Shown here: positions 1 to 11,000 of the stretch, one piece after another
Position numbering within the stretch: position 1 is the first letter of the stretch
Layout: the number at the start of each line of letters is the position of its first letter
Assembly (NCBI GenBank): GCA_947464275.1
Contig: CANHVU010000013.1
Span: 22,219 to 86,218, forward strand
Direction: 5' to 3'
Source of the DNA: Bacteroidota bacterium
Lineage (GTDB): Bacteria; Bacteroidota; Bacteroidia; UKL13-3
DNA length: 64,000 nt
Made by a program: the position numbers and the translations under genes
The notes under the pieces: generated by a model
Databases searched by the model: none
What the model was told of the DNA's origin: nothing
What the model saw: only the letters and a program-made list of their open reading frames with translations

Positions 1-2
1 TT

Positions 3-183
3 CCAAACGAGGTAATTCATTATGCAGCGCAGTTGGCTGCTTATTACAGTAAATCGAAGGGAAGTGCTATGGTTCCAGTAATATTTACACCTAAAAAGTT
101 TGTTCGTAAACCAAAGGGTGCTGACCCAGGACAAGTTTTTGTAGAAAAGGAAGAGTTAATTTTAGTAGAACCTAAAATTAGTT
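3..183 (+). CDS. 3' end of an unidentified CDS (partial; N-terminus lies upstream of the window)
   Basis: Frame 3 is open from the window edge to TAA at 181-183 (…AAQLAAYYSKSKGSAMVPVIFTPKKFVRKPKGADPGQVFVEKEELILVEPKIS*). I do not recognise the family from this fragment. Confidence 0.3.
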
Positions 184-463
184 AATTAACTTTATTTTTC
201 TTTTTCCTTAGATGAAAAAGAAACAAAAAATCAAGGCAAAAAAATGCTTCCACGCACTTGCATAGGCTGGCCCGCTTTTTTGCCGACCCAACGCACATCG
301 TTAATGGAATATTGATACTAATACTTTCAACCAAATCTATGTACTAAAAAATAAACTTATAGAAACAAATAATTTAAAAATAATTTTTTTTATGATACAG
401 GTTTCTAAAATTTTGATTAGCAAAATTTTGGTTTTACCTAAAATTAAGAGAACCAATTTAACA

Positions 464-1171
464 CTACAAATAATACTCGCTTGTTAAGTTTTTATAGGCT
501 TCGGTTTGTGTATTGTCTTCGTTGTAAATAATAAATTCAGTTTCAGTTTCTGGTACATTTTGGTTTATAAAACTCATAATAACCCTATTGCTTGGCTTAC
601 TTGTTTTAGGTTTTATAAAAACAGATTCACTACAAAATAATCCTTTTTGCAAAGCCAATTTTTTGAAAATAGCAGCTTCATTAACTGGTAAAATAAGTTT
701 AAAAACACCTTGTGAACTCATTATTTTTTGAACACAATCAATCAGTTCTTCAAAAGTTAAATCGTTATCATGTCTTGCTTTGGCACGTTGCAAATCAGCA
801 ATGGAATAATTGCTTTTGCTAATAAAATAAGGTGGATTGGTTATGATTAAATCGTATTGCTTATTGGCAACAAATTGTTGCAAAGCAACCAAATGAGGCT
901 TTATTTGATTACTAAATTTTGATGTGCTAAAATTATTGCTTGCTTGTACAAAAGCCAATTCATCTATTTCAATGGCATCAAACTGAATGGCTGCATTTTT
1001 TTGTGCCAACATCAAAGCCAAAATACCCGTTCCTGTTCCAATATCTAACGCATATTTTATATTATTTAGAGATGTAAGCGCAGCCAACAGAACGCTATCG
1101 GTGCCTACTTTCATCGCGCAATTATGTTGCTCAATTAAAAACTGCTTGAACTGAAAATAGGTATTTGCCAT
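464..1171 (-). CDS. trmN6: tRNA1(Val) (adenine37-N6)-methyltransferase (YfiC/TrmN6-like SAM-dependent MTase)
   Basis: 235 aa. The N-terminus [25 protein letters not shown] parallels E. coli YfiC [25 protein letters not shown]. SAM motif I [14 protein letters not shown] and the N6-adenine MTase motif IV NPPYF are present. Confidence 0.75.
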   Translation of the reverse strand: [235 protein letters not shown]

Positions 1172-1173
1172 TG

Positions 1174-4100
1174 TTAAAAAGTTTTTCCAATTACCAATGT
1201 TTTTTTGATGGCATTACTGCTACCATCGGTATTGAAGTAGGTAAAGTACACTACATAAATACCAACAGGCAAAGCACTGTTTTTTTCACTTAAACCATTC
1301 CAAGTTAAGCTGCCTTCGGTGCCCAAAGGCAAGTTATTTAAAAGCGTTTTTACCAAAACACCTGAGCTATTAAAAATTTGTAAAGTGCCGGTATAATTGT
1401 TTTTATCAAACTTATAAGTAAAATTTACCAAATCGTTGGTGCCATCGTTATTAGGCGTAAAAACATCTGGTTCTATGCTGAGTGTTTGGTTCTTTATTTC
1501 AAAGTTTAAATACTGCGAATTTTTATAAGTTGGCGTAGCAAAACCACTTGTACTTGCTGCCGATGTCCAGTTATTTTTATTATTAGTTAATTTGTTAAAA
1601 TCAATTCGCTCCAAGCTCACACCTTCTTTGTTATCAATTAATGTAAAGTGCATTTTTTCGTTGTAAGCCAATTCATCATAAACAAGTTCTGGTTTGGCAA
1701 ATAAAACACAAGTCCCTTCATCATCACTAAAGCTAGGTAAGGAATTTATTTCAATAATATTTTTAGGATAAAACACAGCATACTCTCTTTTCAAGACTTC
1801 CACATCGGTTGTTATGGCATAATAACTTTGGGGTAAAAGCATGTAACCATTTTGAGCTAAAGCATAAAAATTATCTATTTGTCCGGCCTCGTTTCTATTA
1901 CCAATCCAAAGATTTTTTATATCAATGTAATCATTGGTTTTATTGTAAATTTCTACAAAATCAAATCCATTTGGACGAGGGTTAAATAAAATTTCGTTGA
2001 TAACTATATCATTACTATCAGCAGGTTTGCACAAGCCAAATTCCAACTCATTTTTGACTTCAATATTATTGCTTGCGCAATCTTGAGCTGAATCAATTTT
2101 TAAACTATAAAAACTACCAACCTTAATACTATCTGTAAAAGATATTTGAAGTTCAGTTAAAAAATCATCGTTAAAACTGAAAGTATAATTACCATTTATT
2201 GAAGGTGAAAAATTCAAGCTGTTTTGTTTGCAAATACTGGTACTATCGAGCGTTTTATTAAAATACAACACCACATGATTGGCATCAACTGGATAAAGGC
2301 GAATAAGCTGTGGTTTTTCTGTGTCTAAATTATTACCTGCTACTGAATTTTTAAAACCAATTGTTCCTCCACTTGTGTTTTTACTGGCAGTCCAATTGCT
2401 TGCTAATCCGCATGGATTTTTGGTATCAATCATTTCTAAACTCCAACCGCCACTTGCTTTAACCGGATTATTGTACCAACTATGTTTATACCCAATTTGA
2501 TGGATAATATAATTGTTTTCGTTTAATAAAATCACTTCATCATCTGTACTTAAACTTGGAAACGTGGCAACATCAATTACGTTTTTAAACGCTGCAAATG
2601 CTGGTAATTTACTGTTATCGCAAATTGCTATAAAACTATCTGGATAAAGTCGAACATTACCAATTGTAGCCATACTTGAACCACTTTTTATTTTAAAATT
2701 ATTTAGTAAAATGATATTCTTTGAACGGTTATAAAGCTCAATATATTCTGCGTTTGGCAAACCAACTCCTTCAATTGGATTTGCCGAAATTTCAGTAATA
2801 ACAATATCGTTTTGTTTTGCTGGTTCAATTGGAATATAAGTGAATGAAATGACAGTGTTTGTATTTATTTTATTCAACGAACAATCAAAAGCACTATCCA
2901 CTTGAATGGTATAATTTTGATTATAAATTAACGGTTGCGTAAAGGTAAAATAAACCGAATCAAACTTGTAGCCTTTTATTATATTACTAGAAATAGGTAT
3001 GCCGTTAACAGTTAAAACCAAACTTTGCATGGCAGCCGAATCCATTTTTTCATTGAAAATAATTACTGCATTTAAGCTATCAGTATAAAACCAACTTTTT
3101 ACCTGAGGTGCTGTTAAATCGGGCAACGTGCTACTGAAAAAATTTGCTTTTCCTGGTGTTCCTCCAACTGGACTTTCGGAAGCCAACCAATTATCAACTC
3201 CTTTACATAAAGTATAAGGATTGATTAATTCTAGGCTCCAACCACCTTCACTTTTAATAGAAGAATTATACCAACTTAAATCGTAATCTATTTTATCAAT
3301 TACCTTATTTTTTTCATCTAAAATTTGCACCCTATCACCATCATTATTTAAACCAGGCAAAAAAGGAACAGCCAAGGTATTACCATAACTTTTAAGTAAA
3401 GGCTCATTAATAGGATTGGAAATGATTAAATACTCAAGTGGCTTTATGGTATAACTTGGCAAAATAGCACTTGAACTATTATCAGTTATTTTCCAACCAC
3501 TAATATTGATTGGGTAATTGGTTCTATTGAATAATTCAATAAACTCAGCATCGGGTAATCCATTACTTGGCGATGGATCAGGCATAATTTCGTTTATAAC
3601 CACATCGGCAACAGTTGGCTTATAAAATAAAAATTTCAAAGTAGAATCACTCATTTTATTGCCAACGGCATCCTCTATATTTTTAACCAATAGTTCATAA
3701 TTAGTGGTAGAGATAAAACTGCCTTCAAAGTACAATAAAACGCTTTTTAAATCTTGATTTATTTCTACCTTTACTAATTCCGGAAATATGTTGTTCAACT
3801 CGTAATTTTCTGACTTAAGTGCATTCGCACTATTAACTGTTTCATTGAAAGCAAGCTTAATAATACTATCACTTAATATTTCAAAAGTTTGAATTTGAGG
3901 AGGAGTAATATCTACAATTGGTGCACCTATGTATACATCATCAAGGTAAAAGTTGGTAATATTTCCTGAGGTAAAGCGTGCAAAGAAACCACTGTAGTCT
4001 GTTGTTTTAAAAGTAGTATCAACCACACTTCCCTCTAATTGAAAATTACCAACTGCCGAAGTATCGCTGTATAAAAACCAATTACCCGCTAAATCACGAT

Positions 4101-4566
4101 TTACTTTTATGTTTAAAATATTATTGCTTTTGGCTATGGTTGCTTGCCTACCAGCAATAATTCTAGTACGTTTTGAACCTTCTTGTTTATATAAACTTAT
4201 GGTATCGGTATTGCCTGTACTTCCACCAAATTGAATATAATATCCGTTTAAGTTACCTTTTAAATTGGTTTGGTCAGAAGTTAGGTAGTACCTGCAAAAA
4301 TTTTGAGTACTTGGACTCAAATTAAACCTAAGCCAAAAGCGCCATTCGGTATTACCAAGTTCAGTATTTTGAACTACCAAACTAACATCTTTAGCTGATG
4401 TTCCTTTGCTTTGCAATTGCAATGCAGTATTAATTTGCCAAAGACTATCATCACCAAACCAAGTTGGGCTTTCGGTAAAATTTCCATCCGCAAAATCATC
4501 TACCAACTGCGCTTGAACAGAAAAAAAGCATAAGAAAAATACAATAAGAAAAAATGTTCTTAACAT
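1174..4566 (-). CDS. Large secreted protein with three lamin-tail-domain (LTD) repeats and a T9SS type B (gliding-motility CHU_C-like) C-terminal domain
   Basis: 1130 aa with an N-terminal signal peptide (MLRTFFLIVFFLCFFSVQAQ). There are three LTD-like segments: VVINEIMPDPSPSNGLPDAEFIELFN, IVITEISANPIEGVGLPNAEYIELYN and IVINEILFNPRPNGFDFVEIYN. The C-terminus (FTPNNDGTNDLV … IYVVYF) is typical of the TIGR04131 gliding-motility C-terminal domain. Confidence 0.8.
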   Translation of the reverse strand: MLRTFFLIVFFLCFFSVQAQLVDDFADGNFTESPTWFGDDSLWQINTALQLQSKGTSAKDVSLVVQNTELGNTEWRFWLRFNLSPSTQNFCRYYLTSDQTNLKGNLNGYYIQFGGSTGNTDTISLYKQEGSKRTRIIAGRQATIAKSNNILNIKVNRDLAGNWFLYSDTSAVGNFQLEGSVVDTTFKTTDYSGFFARFTSGNITNFYLDDVYIGAPIVDITPPQIQTFEILSDSIIKLAFNETVNSANALKSENYELNNIFPELVKVEINQDLKSVLLYFEGSFISTTNYELLVKNIEDAVGNKMSDSTLKFLFYKPTVADVVINEIMPDPSPSNGLPDAEFIELFNRTNYPINISGWKITDNSSSAILPSYTIKPLEYLIISNPINEPLLKSYGNTLAVPFLPGLNNDGDRVQILDEKNKVIDKIDYDLSWYNSSIKSEGGWSLELINPYTLCKGVDNWLASESPVGGTPGKANFFSSTLPDLTAPQVKSWFYTDSLNAVIIFNEKMDSAAMQSLVLTVNGIPISSNIIKGYKFDSVYFTFTQPLIYNQNYTIQVDSAFDCSLNKINTNTVISFTYIPIEPAKQNDIVITEISANPIEGVGLPNAEYIELYNRSKNIILLNNFKIKSGSSMATIGNVRLYPDSFIAICDNSKLPAFAAFKNVIDVATFPSLSTDDEVILLNENNYIIHQIGYKHSWYNNPVKASGGWSLEMIDTKNPCGLASNWTASKNTSGGTIGFKNSVAGNNLDTEKPQLIRLYPVDANHVVLYFNKTLDSTSICKQNSLNFSPSINGNYTFSFNDDFLTELQISFTDSIKVGSFYSLKIDSAQDCASNNIEVKNELEFGLCKPADSNDIVINEILFNPRPNGFDFVEIYNKTNDYIDIKNLWIGNRNEAGQIDNFYALAQNGYMLLPQSYYAITTDVEVLKREYAVFYPKNIIEINSLPSFSDDEGTCVLFAKPELVYDELAYNEKMHFTLIDNKEGVSLERIDFNKLTNNKNNWTSAASTSGFATPTYKNSQYLNFEIKNQTLSIEPDVFTPNNDGTNDLVNFTYKFDKNNYTGTLQIFNSSGVLVKTLLNNLPLGTEGSLTWNGLSEKNSALPVGIYVVYFTYFNTDGSSNAIKKTLVIGKTF

Positions 4567-4572
4567 AAAAAG

Positions 4573-7350
4573 CTACTCTTTTAACCAAATACAGATACCA
4601 TTAGCCTTAATTGGATTACCTATTAAAGTTTTTTGGGTAATGCCATTTAAGTTTATTTCGTTGCTATTACCTATTAGTTTCCAACGGCCTTTTAAGTTCA
4701 TTTTATTGGTATCAAAACTATTTGGTTTGTTATCATTATTAATTAAAACCAATATTTTATTATCAATCATATAACCCAACATGGCTTTATTTTCAGGAAC
4801 AATAAATTGAATAAAGTTCTTTTCTAAAGTAGGTTTTTTATTGTCGGGTAAAATGCTGGTTAAACTCGGTTCTGCATTAATTAAAGGCTGCAAAATTTGA
4901 GTTCTTAAACTCATTAAACCTTGCCAATAAGCATGCATATTTTTAAAATTACTATTGGTATAAGGTTCCATAGGCACTTTATTAGTTTGGGGCGATTTTG
5001 TTTTACCTATGTTTTCCCAAATAAATTGATTGGCTTTGCGCACATTATAAGTATCGCGTTTGCCATGAAAATACAATTTTCCACTTGGAATTTCCTTCAC
5101 AATTTCCATTAAAGGCGCTAAACCTTTGCTGCGCATAAACTCACTTCCACCATGCAATACTATTGGCCCAGGAGTGGTAAACAATAAAGTAGCTGCAATT
5201 TTATAATTGGCTTCATCTACTCCAAATCTTCCATCAAAATCGGTGGTTGCAAATTGGTCGGCTAAAGCATAATTATCGTGAATATCTAGGTAGTTTATTC
5301 CGCTATTTATATTTTTTTGCGGAGCAAATGAACAACTCAAAGCTTTGATTACATTATCGCGTTCATCTAAATTTCCTCCTGCCCAGCCGCGGTGTTTAAG
5401 TTTATCGGTCAATTCAAAAACTGGACCTTTGTATGCATTTCTGGTATCATCGTTAAAGTAACAAATTGGTGCAGTATCTTTGTACCAATGCCAATTTGGA
5501 TTTTTATTATACTCGGGATCATTGCTATCAATCCAAGGTTCACCATAAATTATAATATCGTCTGGCAAAGCAGCTTTAAGGGCTAACAAAGTTTCTCTAT
5601 CGGTTTGCCCTGCCAAATCTATTCTAAATCCGTCTACCCCAAATTCTTCAATAAAATGTTTGCATTGGTCAATAATCCAACGCTGCACCATGTATCGGTT
5701 TTCGCTTTTGGTTTCGTTTCCATATTCGCCAATATGTTCTAAGTTTTTGGTTCGGTAGTAATATTGTTTATCAAAAGCATTAAAGTGAAACAAATAATTG
5801 CGACCATCCATATTTTCGGCAGTGTGGTTAAACACAAAATCAACAATTACAGCTATGTTTTTATCATGAAATTTTTGAACCACATCTCTAAACTGTTTGC
5901 GTTCATCGCCTGGTTCGGTTCCTTTTTGGCGGTAGCGGCTTTCAATGGCAAAGCTATGCGAGGTGCGATAACCCCAATCATAATTTTCGGTTGCAACACC
6001 TTGTTCAATCATGTATTTATCTTTGCTAAATGCTTTTTTCCATTCGTCTTTTGGCCAATGAAGCATTTCTTGAACAGGCATTAAATGCACAGTATTTATT
6101 CCTAAATTTACCAAATGGTCAAACCCAATTGGATAACCTTTTGAGTTAGTTAAACCACTAACGCCCATGCCTGCAATGGTTCCTTTCGTGTTTTCATCTA
6201 TAGGCAATAAGTCAGTAAAATCTTGCACATGAACTTCATAGGCTATAACTTCTTCCATTTTAGGTCTGCCATTTTTTAATGGAGAAGCAGAATGAGTTTT
6301 GGCTGCTACCATACAAGCACCAAAACTATCATCGCTTACGCGGGCATAAGGGTCGCTAATGTGAACAGGGTGGGTTTCAAAAAATGAATTTCCTGGATCT
6401 GTAAAACCATGTACGGTATAATCATACCAAGTTCCTTCCAAATTTTCGTTTAATGTAGTTTCCCAAACTCCTTGTTCATCTACTTTCATTTCTATGGTAG
6501 TATAAGGAGTTTTTTCATAAAGGTTTTCGCTATCAAATTTAGGTTTGTATAAATACAATTTTACCATGGTGGCCCTTGGTGCAAAAACCCTAAAAGTGGT
6601 TTGTTTTCCATCGTCCGAAATATTAGCTCCTAGCTCTTTATTGCTTTTTAAAGTTTTAAACCAACCATCGTAAGTTACCAATGTTTTAAGTTTAAATTTG
6701 GGTATTTCTAAGTAGTAAACTCTGCGTTTGTCAACACCTGAGGCAGTATTTATATTAAAAGAAACGATACCTTTATCGTTGAATTTAATTTTATGACTGA
6801 TAGTATCAAAAGTGCCATCTTCCAAGTTATACGAAATATTTTTGATGGCTACTTTTTCGCCTAAAGCATTGGTTAATTGTAAATCAGTTTCGGTATAACT
6901 AGCACTTTGAGGCAATCCTGCCAAACGCACATAAATTTCGTTATTGCCAACCAAAGTAGCTTTTAGTCCTAAAGGTTCAACACCTTTCATAAAAATTAAA
7001 TTGCCACCTTCGGTATTGGTTGCATTTGGCGCAGGGTCAAGCCATTGGCCAGCATCTATTCTAAACTTAAAAGGCATGCTTGGTTTAATTATTTCAAAAT
7101 TAGGATTATATACTTTTAAAGTCCAAATATTGCCAACCTGTCTTCTCATTATCCATTTGGTATCGGCCATATCTTGACTCCAATTTCTAAATGCACCTGT
7201 TAAAACTACTTTATTTTTTACTACCACATTGTAATCTTTTTCATTAAAAATAAAGGTAGTGGTATCATTCTTATGCTCGTATCCGTTGGGTTGAGCAAAG
7301 GTTATTAAACAGTAAAAAGTAAAAATAATTGCACAAAGTATTTTTTTCAT
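4573..7350 (-). CDS. Secreted GH13 type I pullulanase-like alpha-glucan debranching enzyme
   Basis: 925 aa with a signal peptide (MKKILCAIIFTFYCLITFAQ). The GH13 catalytic motif GVDGFRIDLAGQ is present. A YNWGYDP-like motif (ENYDWGYRT) and YGEPW are also present, and N-terminal CBM-like regions are consistent with pullulanase. Confidence 0.8.
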   Translation of the reverse strand: MKKILCAIIFTFYCLITFAQPNGYEHKNDTTTFIFNEKDYNVVVKNKVVLTGAFRNWSQDMADTKWIMRRQVGNIWTLKVYNPNFEIIKPSMPFKFRIDAGQWLDPAPNATNTEGGNLIFMKGVEPLGLKATLVGNNEIYVRLAGLPQSASYTETDLQLTNALGEKVAIKNISYNLEDGTFDTISHKIKFNDKGIVSFNINTASGVDKRRVYYLEIPKFKLKTLVTYDGWFKTLKSNKELGANISDDGKQTTFRVFAPRATMVKLYLYKPKFDSENLYEKTPYTTIEMKVDEQGVWETTLNENLEGTWYDYTVHGFTDPGNSFFETHPVHISDPYARVSDDSFGACMVAAKTHSASPLKNGRPKMEEVIAYEVHVQDFTDLLPIDENTKGTIAGMGVSGLTNSKGYPIGFDHLVNLGINTVHLMPVQEMLHWPKDEWKKAFSKDKYMIEQGVATENYDWGYRTSHSFAIESRYRQKGTEPGDERKQFRDVVQKFHDKNIAVIVDFVFNHTAENMDGRNYLFHFNAFDKQYYYRTKNLEHIGEYGNETKSENRYMVQRWIIDQCKHFIEEFGVDGFRIDLAGQTDRETLLALKAALPDDIIIYGEPWIDSNDPEYNKNPNWHWYKDTAPICYFNDDTRNAYKGPVFELTDKLKHRGWAGGNLDERDNVIKALSCSFAPQKNINSGINYLDIHDNYALADQFATTDFDGRFGVDEANYKIAATLLFTTPGPIVLHGGSEFMRSKGLAPLMEIVKEIPSGKLYFHGKRDTYNVRKANQFIWENIGKTKSPQTNKVPMEPYTNSNFKNMHAYWQGLMSLRTQILQPLINAEPSLTSILPDNKKPTLEKNFIQFIVPENKAMLGYMIDNKILVLINNDNKPNSFDTNKMNLKGRWKLIGNSNEINLNGITQKTLIGNPIKANGICIWLKE

Positions 7351-7404
7351 AGTGGCGAAAATCGGTATTTGTATCGAATATCAATATATTTGCCCAACAA
7401 AAAA

Positions 7405-7923
7405 ATGATTTTAGGTCCAATAAGAAAGCTGCGCGTATGGTTCGCAAAATATCCAACTGCTAAAAAATTTATTAAATTTGGCATAGTTGGCACATCAAGT
7501 ACAATGGTAAGTTTACTGGTATTTTGGTTACTTTCATTGCAGTTTCCTGCACTTAATTTATTAACCAAAGCAGCAGGTTGGATAATGGGCTTTTTTGTGG
7601 GTTTTACCTTAAATAAATTTTGGACATACGTAGACCAAACTGATGATGGTGAAAAATATTTAATAAAATACATTGCTGTTTACGCCATTACTTTTTTTAT
7701 TTACCTAGGTTTTAACTTTTTATGCGACCATTACATTTTCCCAAATGTATACATGGCTGACTTTTTTAAATCTATGGAATGGCTAAAAACCTCAGAATGG
7801 CTAAATAATAATGGACCTTTTGTATCCAATATTATTTCTATTTTACTCAATGTAATGCTGAATTTCATTGGAACTAACTTTTTGGTATTTAAAGTTCCTG
7901 AGCCAGATAAAATTTTTGAGTAG
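7405..7923 (+). CDS. GtrA family membrane protein (polysaccharide/glycosylation-associated)
   Basis: FIKFGIVGTSSTMVSLLVFWLL is a GtrA-like N-terminal TM motif, and there are four predicted TM helices. The ORF track starts at 7369; I prefer the ATG at 7405 (MILGPIRK…) for a GtrA-sized product. Confidence 0.6.
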   Translation: MILGPIRKLRVWFAKYPTAKKFIKFGIVGTSSTMVSLLVFWLLSLQFPALNLLTKAAGWIMGFFVGFTLNKFWTYVDQTDDGEKYLIKYIAVYAITFFIYLGFNFLCDHYIFPNVYMADFFKSMEWLKTSEWLNNNGPFVSNIISILLNVMLNFIGTNFLVFKVPEPDKIFE

Positions 7924-8010
7924 ATTTTTGCCTTTATAATTGTCACAAATTCACAATTTTTATGGTTTTTAAAATTATAAAATTAAATTGCAATTTATTT
8001 TATAATATAG

Positions 8011-11000
8011 ATGAGAACCAAAAGTACTTCCTTATTTCTTTTTGTATTTTGCTTAAACAATTTACTTTTTTCCCAAAATTCAATTCAAAGCCATAACAGG
8101 TTTATTCCTGTTCCAAGTAAAGTTCATACCAAATCAATTGGGACATCATCCCTAGGAAAAACTGCTACTTGTGCTACAGATACTATTGAATATCCTTATT
8201 TTAAAACCACTGGTTTTAATTTAATAGGAATAAATGCCTCTACAAGTGCAGCTGCAGCTTATCAATGGTACCCAGCTATGCAGTCTATTACTGTAAAAGG
8301 CTTCAACTTTTTTGCCTTTTTATCAAGCACAGCAGGTATATTAAGTCAATCAGTAACCATTAATATTTACAATTCAACAATAGACTCATTACCAACAGGT
8401 ACACCTTTAAGATCAATTACTATGAATATTGATTCTGTTACTGGCAATGGAAGTTTATTAGCTATACGCAAAATGGCCATGTTTACCTCTCCAATTACAA
8501 TACCAAGTGGAAATGGTTACGTATTGTCAATTGAAAACGCAAGTGCTAATAATGTACTAGTAGTTTGTAACAATTGGAACACCTTTGATGGAGCAGCAGA
8601 ATGGTGTTCAAGCTTAAAAATTGGAACCAGTAATCTTCGTTCTTATAATGTAAATGTAGGGGGAGTTACCTTCGATGCTGATTTTCTTATGCATCCAATT
8701 GTAAATTATTCTATTACATCTTCATTTACAACTAATCCTACTTGTTTTACTATAGGCAATCAAGTAAATTTTACCAATACTTCCTCTGCAATTAATTTTA
8801 GTCGTTTTTATAACTTTAGAAAATTTGCAGGAATAATTGAATCAAGTTTTAATTGGGATTTTGGGAATAGTACAGGTGGTTCGGCTGTCGATACATCAGT
8901 TACATATGGAAGTTCAGGGCCGTTTAATGTAAAATTAACTGATACGTTAGAAGGATATTACAAATATTGTGTTGACGTGAGTAATACTACATTAAATTCA
9001 GTTCCTAACGCACCAACCGCTGGAGGGGGAGGTAGCTACTGTCAAGGGTCAACAATAAATTTAACGTGCGTAACAGTTCCAGGAGCAGCATATACTTGGG
9101 CAGGTCCTAACGGGTTTTCATCTACAAGTCAAAATCCAGTTAGAACAGGCGCTTCGACATTAATGGCTGGAACGTATAATGTAACAGTAACTGTGAATGG
9201 TTGCACATCTCTTTCTTCAAGTGTTACTGTAAGTATTGTTCAACAGCCGGTAGCAACAAATAATTCACCAGTATGTTATGGCGAATCAGTGGTTTTATCT
9301 TCCAATTTAATCAGTGGAGCTAGTTATTCATGGACAGGACCAAATGGTTTTAGTTCCAATTTACAAAATGCTATTATAGCAAATCTAGCAATAGTTGATA
9401 CGGGTCTATACACCTTATCAGTAAGTTTAGCTGGATGCAGTTTTAACCCAACTACAACAAGAGTTACGGGTATAGCATTGCCGCAATCCCCAACTGTTAG
9501 TAATACTATAAATACTTGTGTAGGATCTAATGTTAACTTAACAGCAGGTGGAACATACACTAGTCCTTCATATACTTGGTCAGGGCCAAATAATTATTTT
9601 TCCAACAGTCAAAACCCTAGTTTTGCGGCCACTTCCACTTCTCAATCAGGAACCTATAGTGTTAGAGTTTCTTCGGGGAGCTGTGCTTCCAATCCATCAA
9701 ATATTGTAGTTAATATTTCTAACGTACCAACAGCTCCAACTGTGAGTAACAATGGAGCTTTATGCGAAGGACAAACTTTAGTATTAAACGCAAGTTTAGT
9801 ATCTGGTGCCACCTATAATTGGACGGGTCCTAATGGTTTCACATCAACCTTACAGAATCCAACAATCAACAATTCAACATCTTTAACAGCCGGAAATTAT
9901 ACAGCATTTGTTGTAGTTGGATCTTGCAGTTCAGCTGTTGCAACAACTTCAGTTTCTGTTATTCCTCAACCAATTGCTAGTAACAATTCTCCTGTTTGTT
10001 TTGGTCAGGCAGTTAATTTATCAGTAAGCTCAATTAACAATGCTACATATAGTTGGACAGGGCCTAATGGCTTTTCTTCAACATCTCAAAACCCAACAAG
10101 AACAGGAATATTGCCAGCAGATACCGGTATTTACACTGTTACAGTATCAACTACTAGTTGTTCTTTCAATCCATCTACAACTAGGGTGTCAGGTAAAGCC
10201 TTGCCTCCAAATCCAACTGTTGGAAATAGCATTAATGTTTGTTTAGGGAATACAATTAACTTATCAGCTAGTGGAACATATACTAGTCCAATATATTCTT
10301 GGACTGGTCCTAATGGTTTTACATCAAACTCGCAAAACCCTAGTTTTACTGGTAATTCAATTAATAATTCTGGAACATATAATGTAACCGCCACAAGCAA
10401 TGGATGCACGTCAAACCCTTCATCTATTTCAGTAATAGTTAATCCAATTCCTTCAACACCTACAGTGAGCAATAATGGGGCTTTATGCGCAGGTCAAACA
10501 TTAAGTCTTTCTGCAAGCTTAGTTCCAAACGCCACCTACACCTGGTCTGGTCCAAATAATTTTGTATCCGCCATACAAAATCCTTCAGTTGCAAATGTAT
10601 CTATCACAGATGCCGGAATATACTCGGTTTTTGTAACAGTTAATGGATGCAATTCTGTTGCGGGAAATACAACAGTGGTTATTAGTGCCTCTGCACCTTC
10701 ACCAGTTGCTTCAAGCAATTCACCTGTATGTTTAGGACAATCATTAAACTTATTTGCAACAAATGTTTCAGGTGCTAATTATTCTTGGACTGGCCCTAAT
10801 GGTTTTACATCGAGTTTACAAAATCCAATAATACCAAATGTAACTAATTTAAGTAGTGGCACTTATAGTGTAACAGCCACCACTAGCACTTGTGGCACAT
10901 CTCCTTCTGCCAATGTAACTGTTAATGTTATTAGTTTGCCTATCACACCAATAGCAAGTAATAATGGTCCTTCATGTGAAGGGTCGTCATGCACCTTGAA

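Noticed and set aside
184-463. Possible small RNA or terminator in the 280 bp region upstream of trmN6 (GGCAAAAAAA … TTTTTTGCC, GC-rich island 255-300)
   Set aside because: The apparent inverted repeat encloses a >35 nt unstructured loop. I see no convincing stem or known ncRNA signature. It is more likely promoter and leader DNA.
4921-6084. Several 60-110 aa + strand ORFs (4921..5112, 5392..5586, 5764..6084, 6944..7177) inside the pullulanase gene
   Set aside because: They are antisense to a well-supported GH13 CDS, hydrophobic and low-complexity, and typical of AT-rich antisense frames.
7347-7673. 108 aa - strand ORF overlapping the GtrA gene start
   Set aside because: It is antisense to a membrane-protein gene whose N-terminal motif is conserved, and it has no recognisable features.
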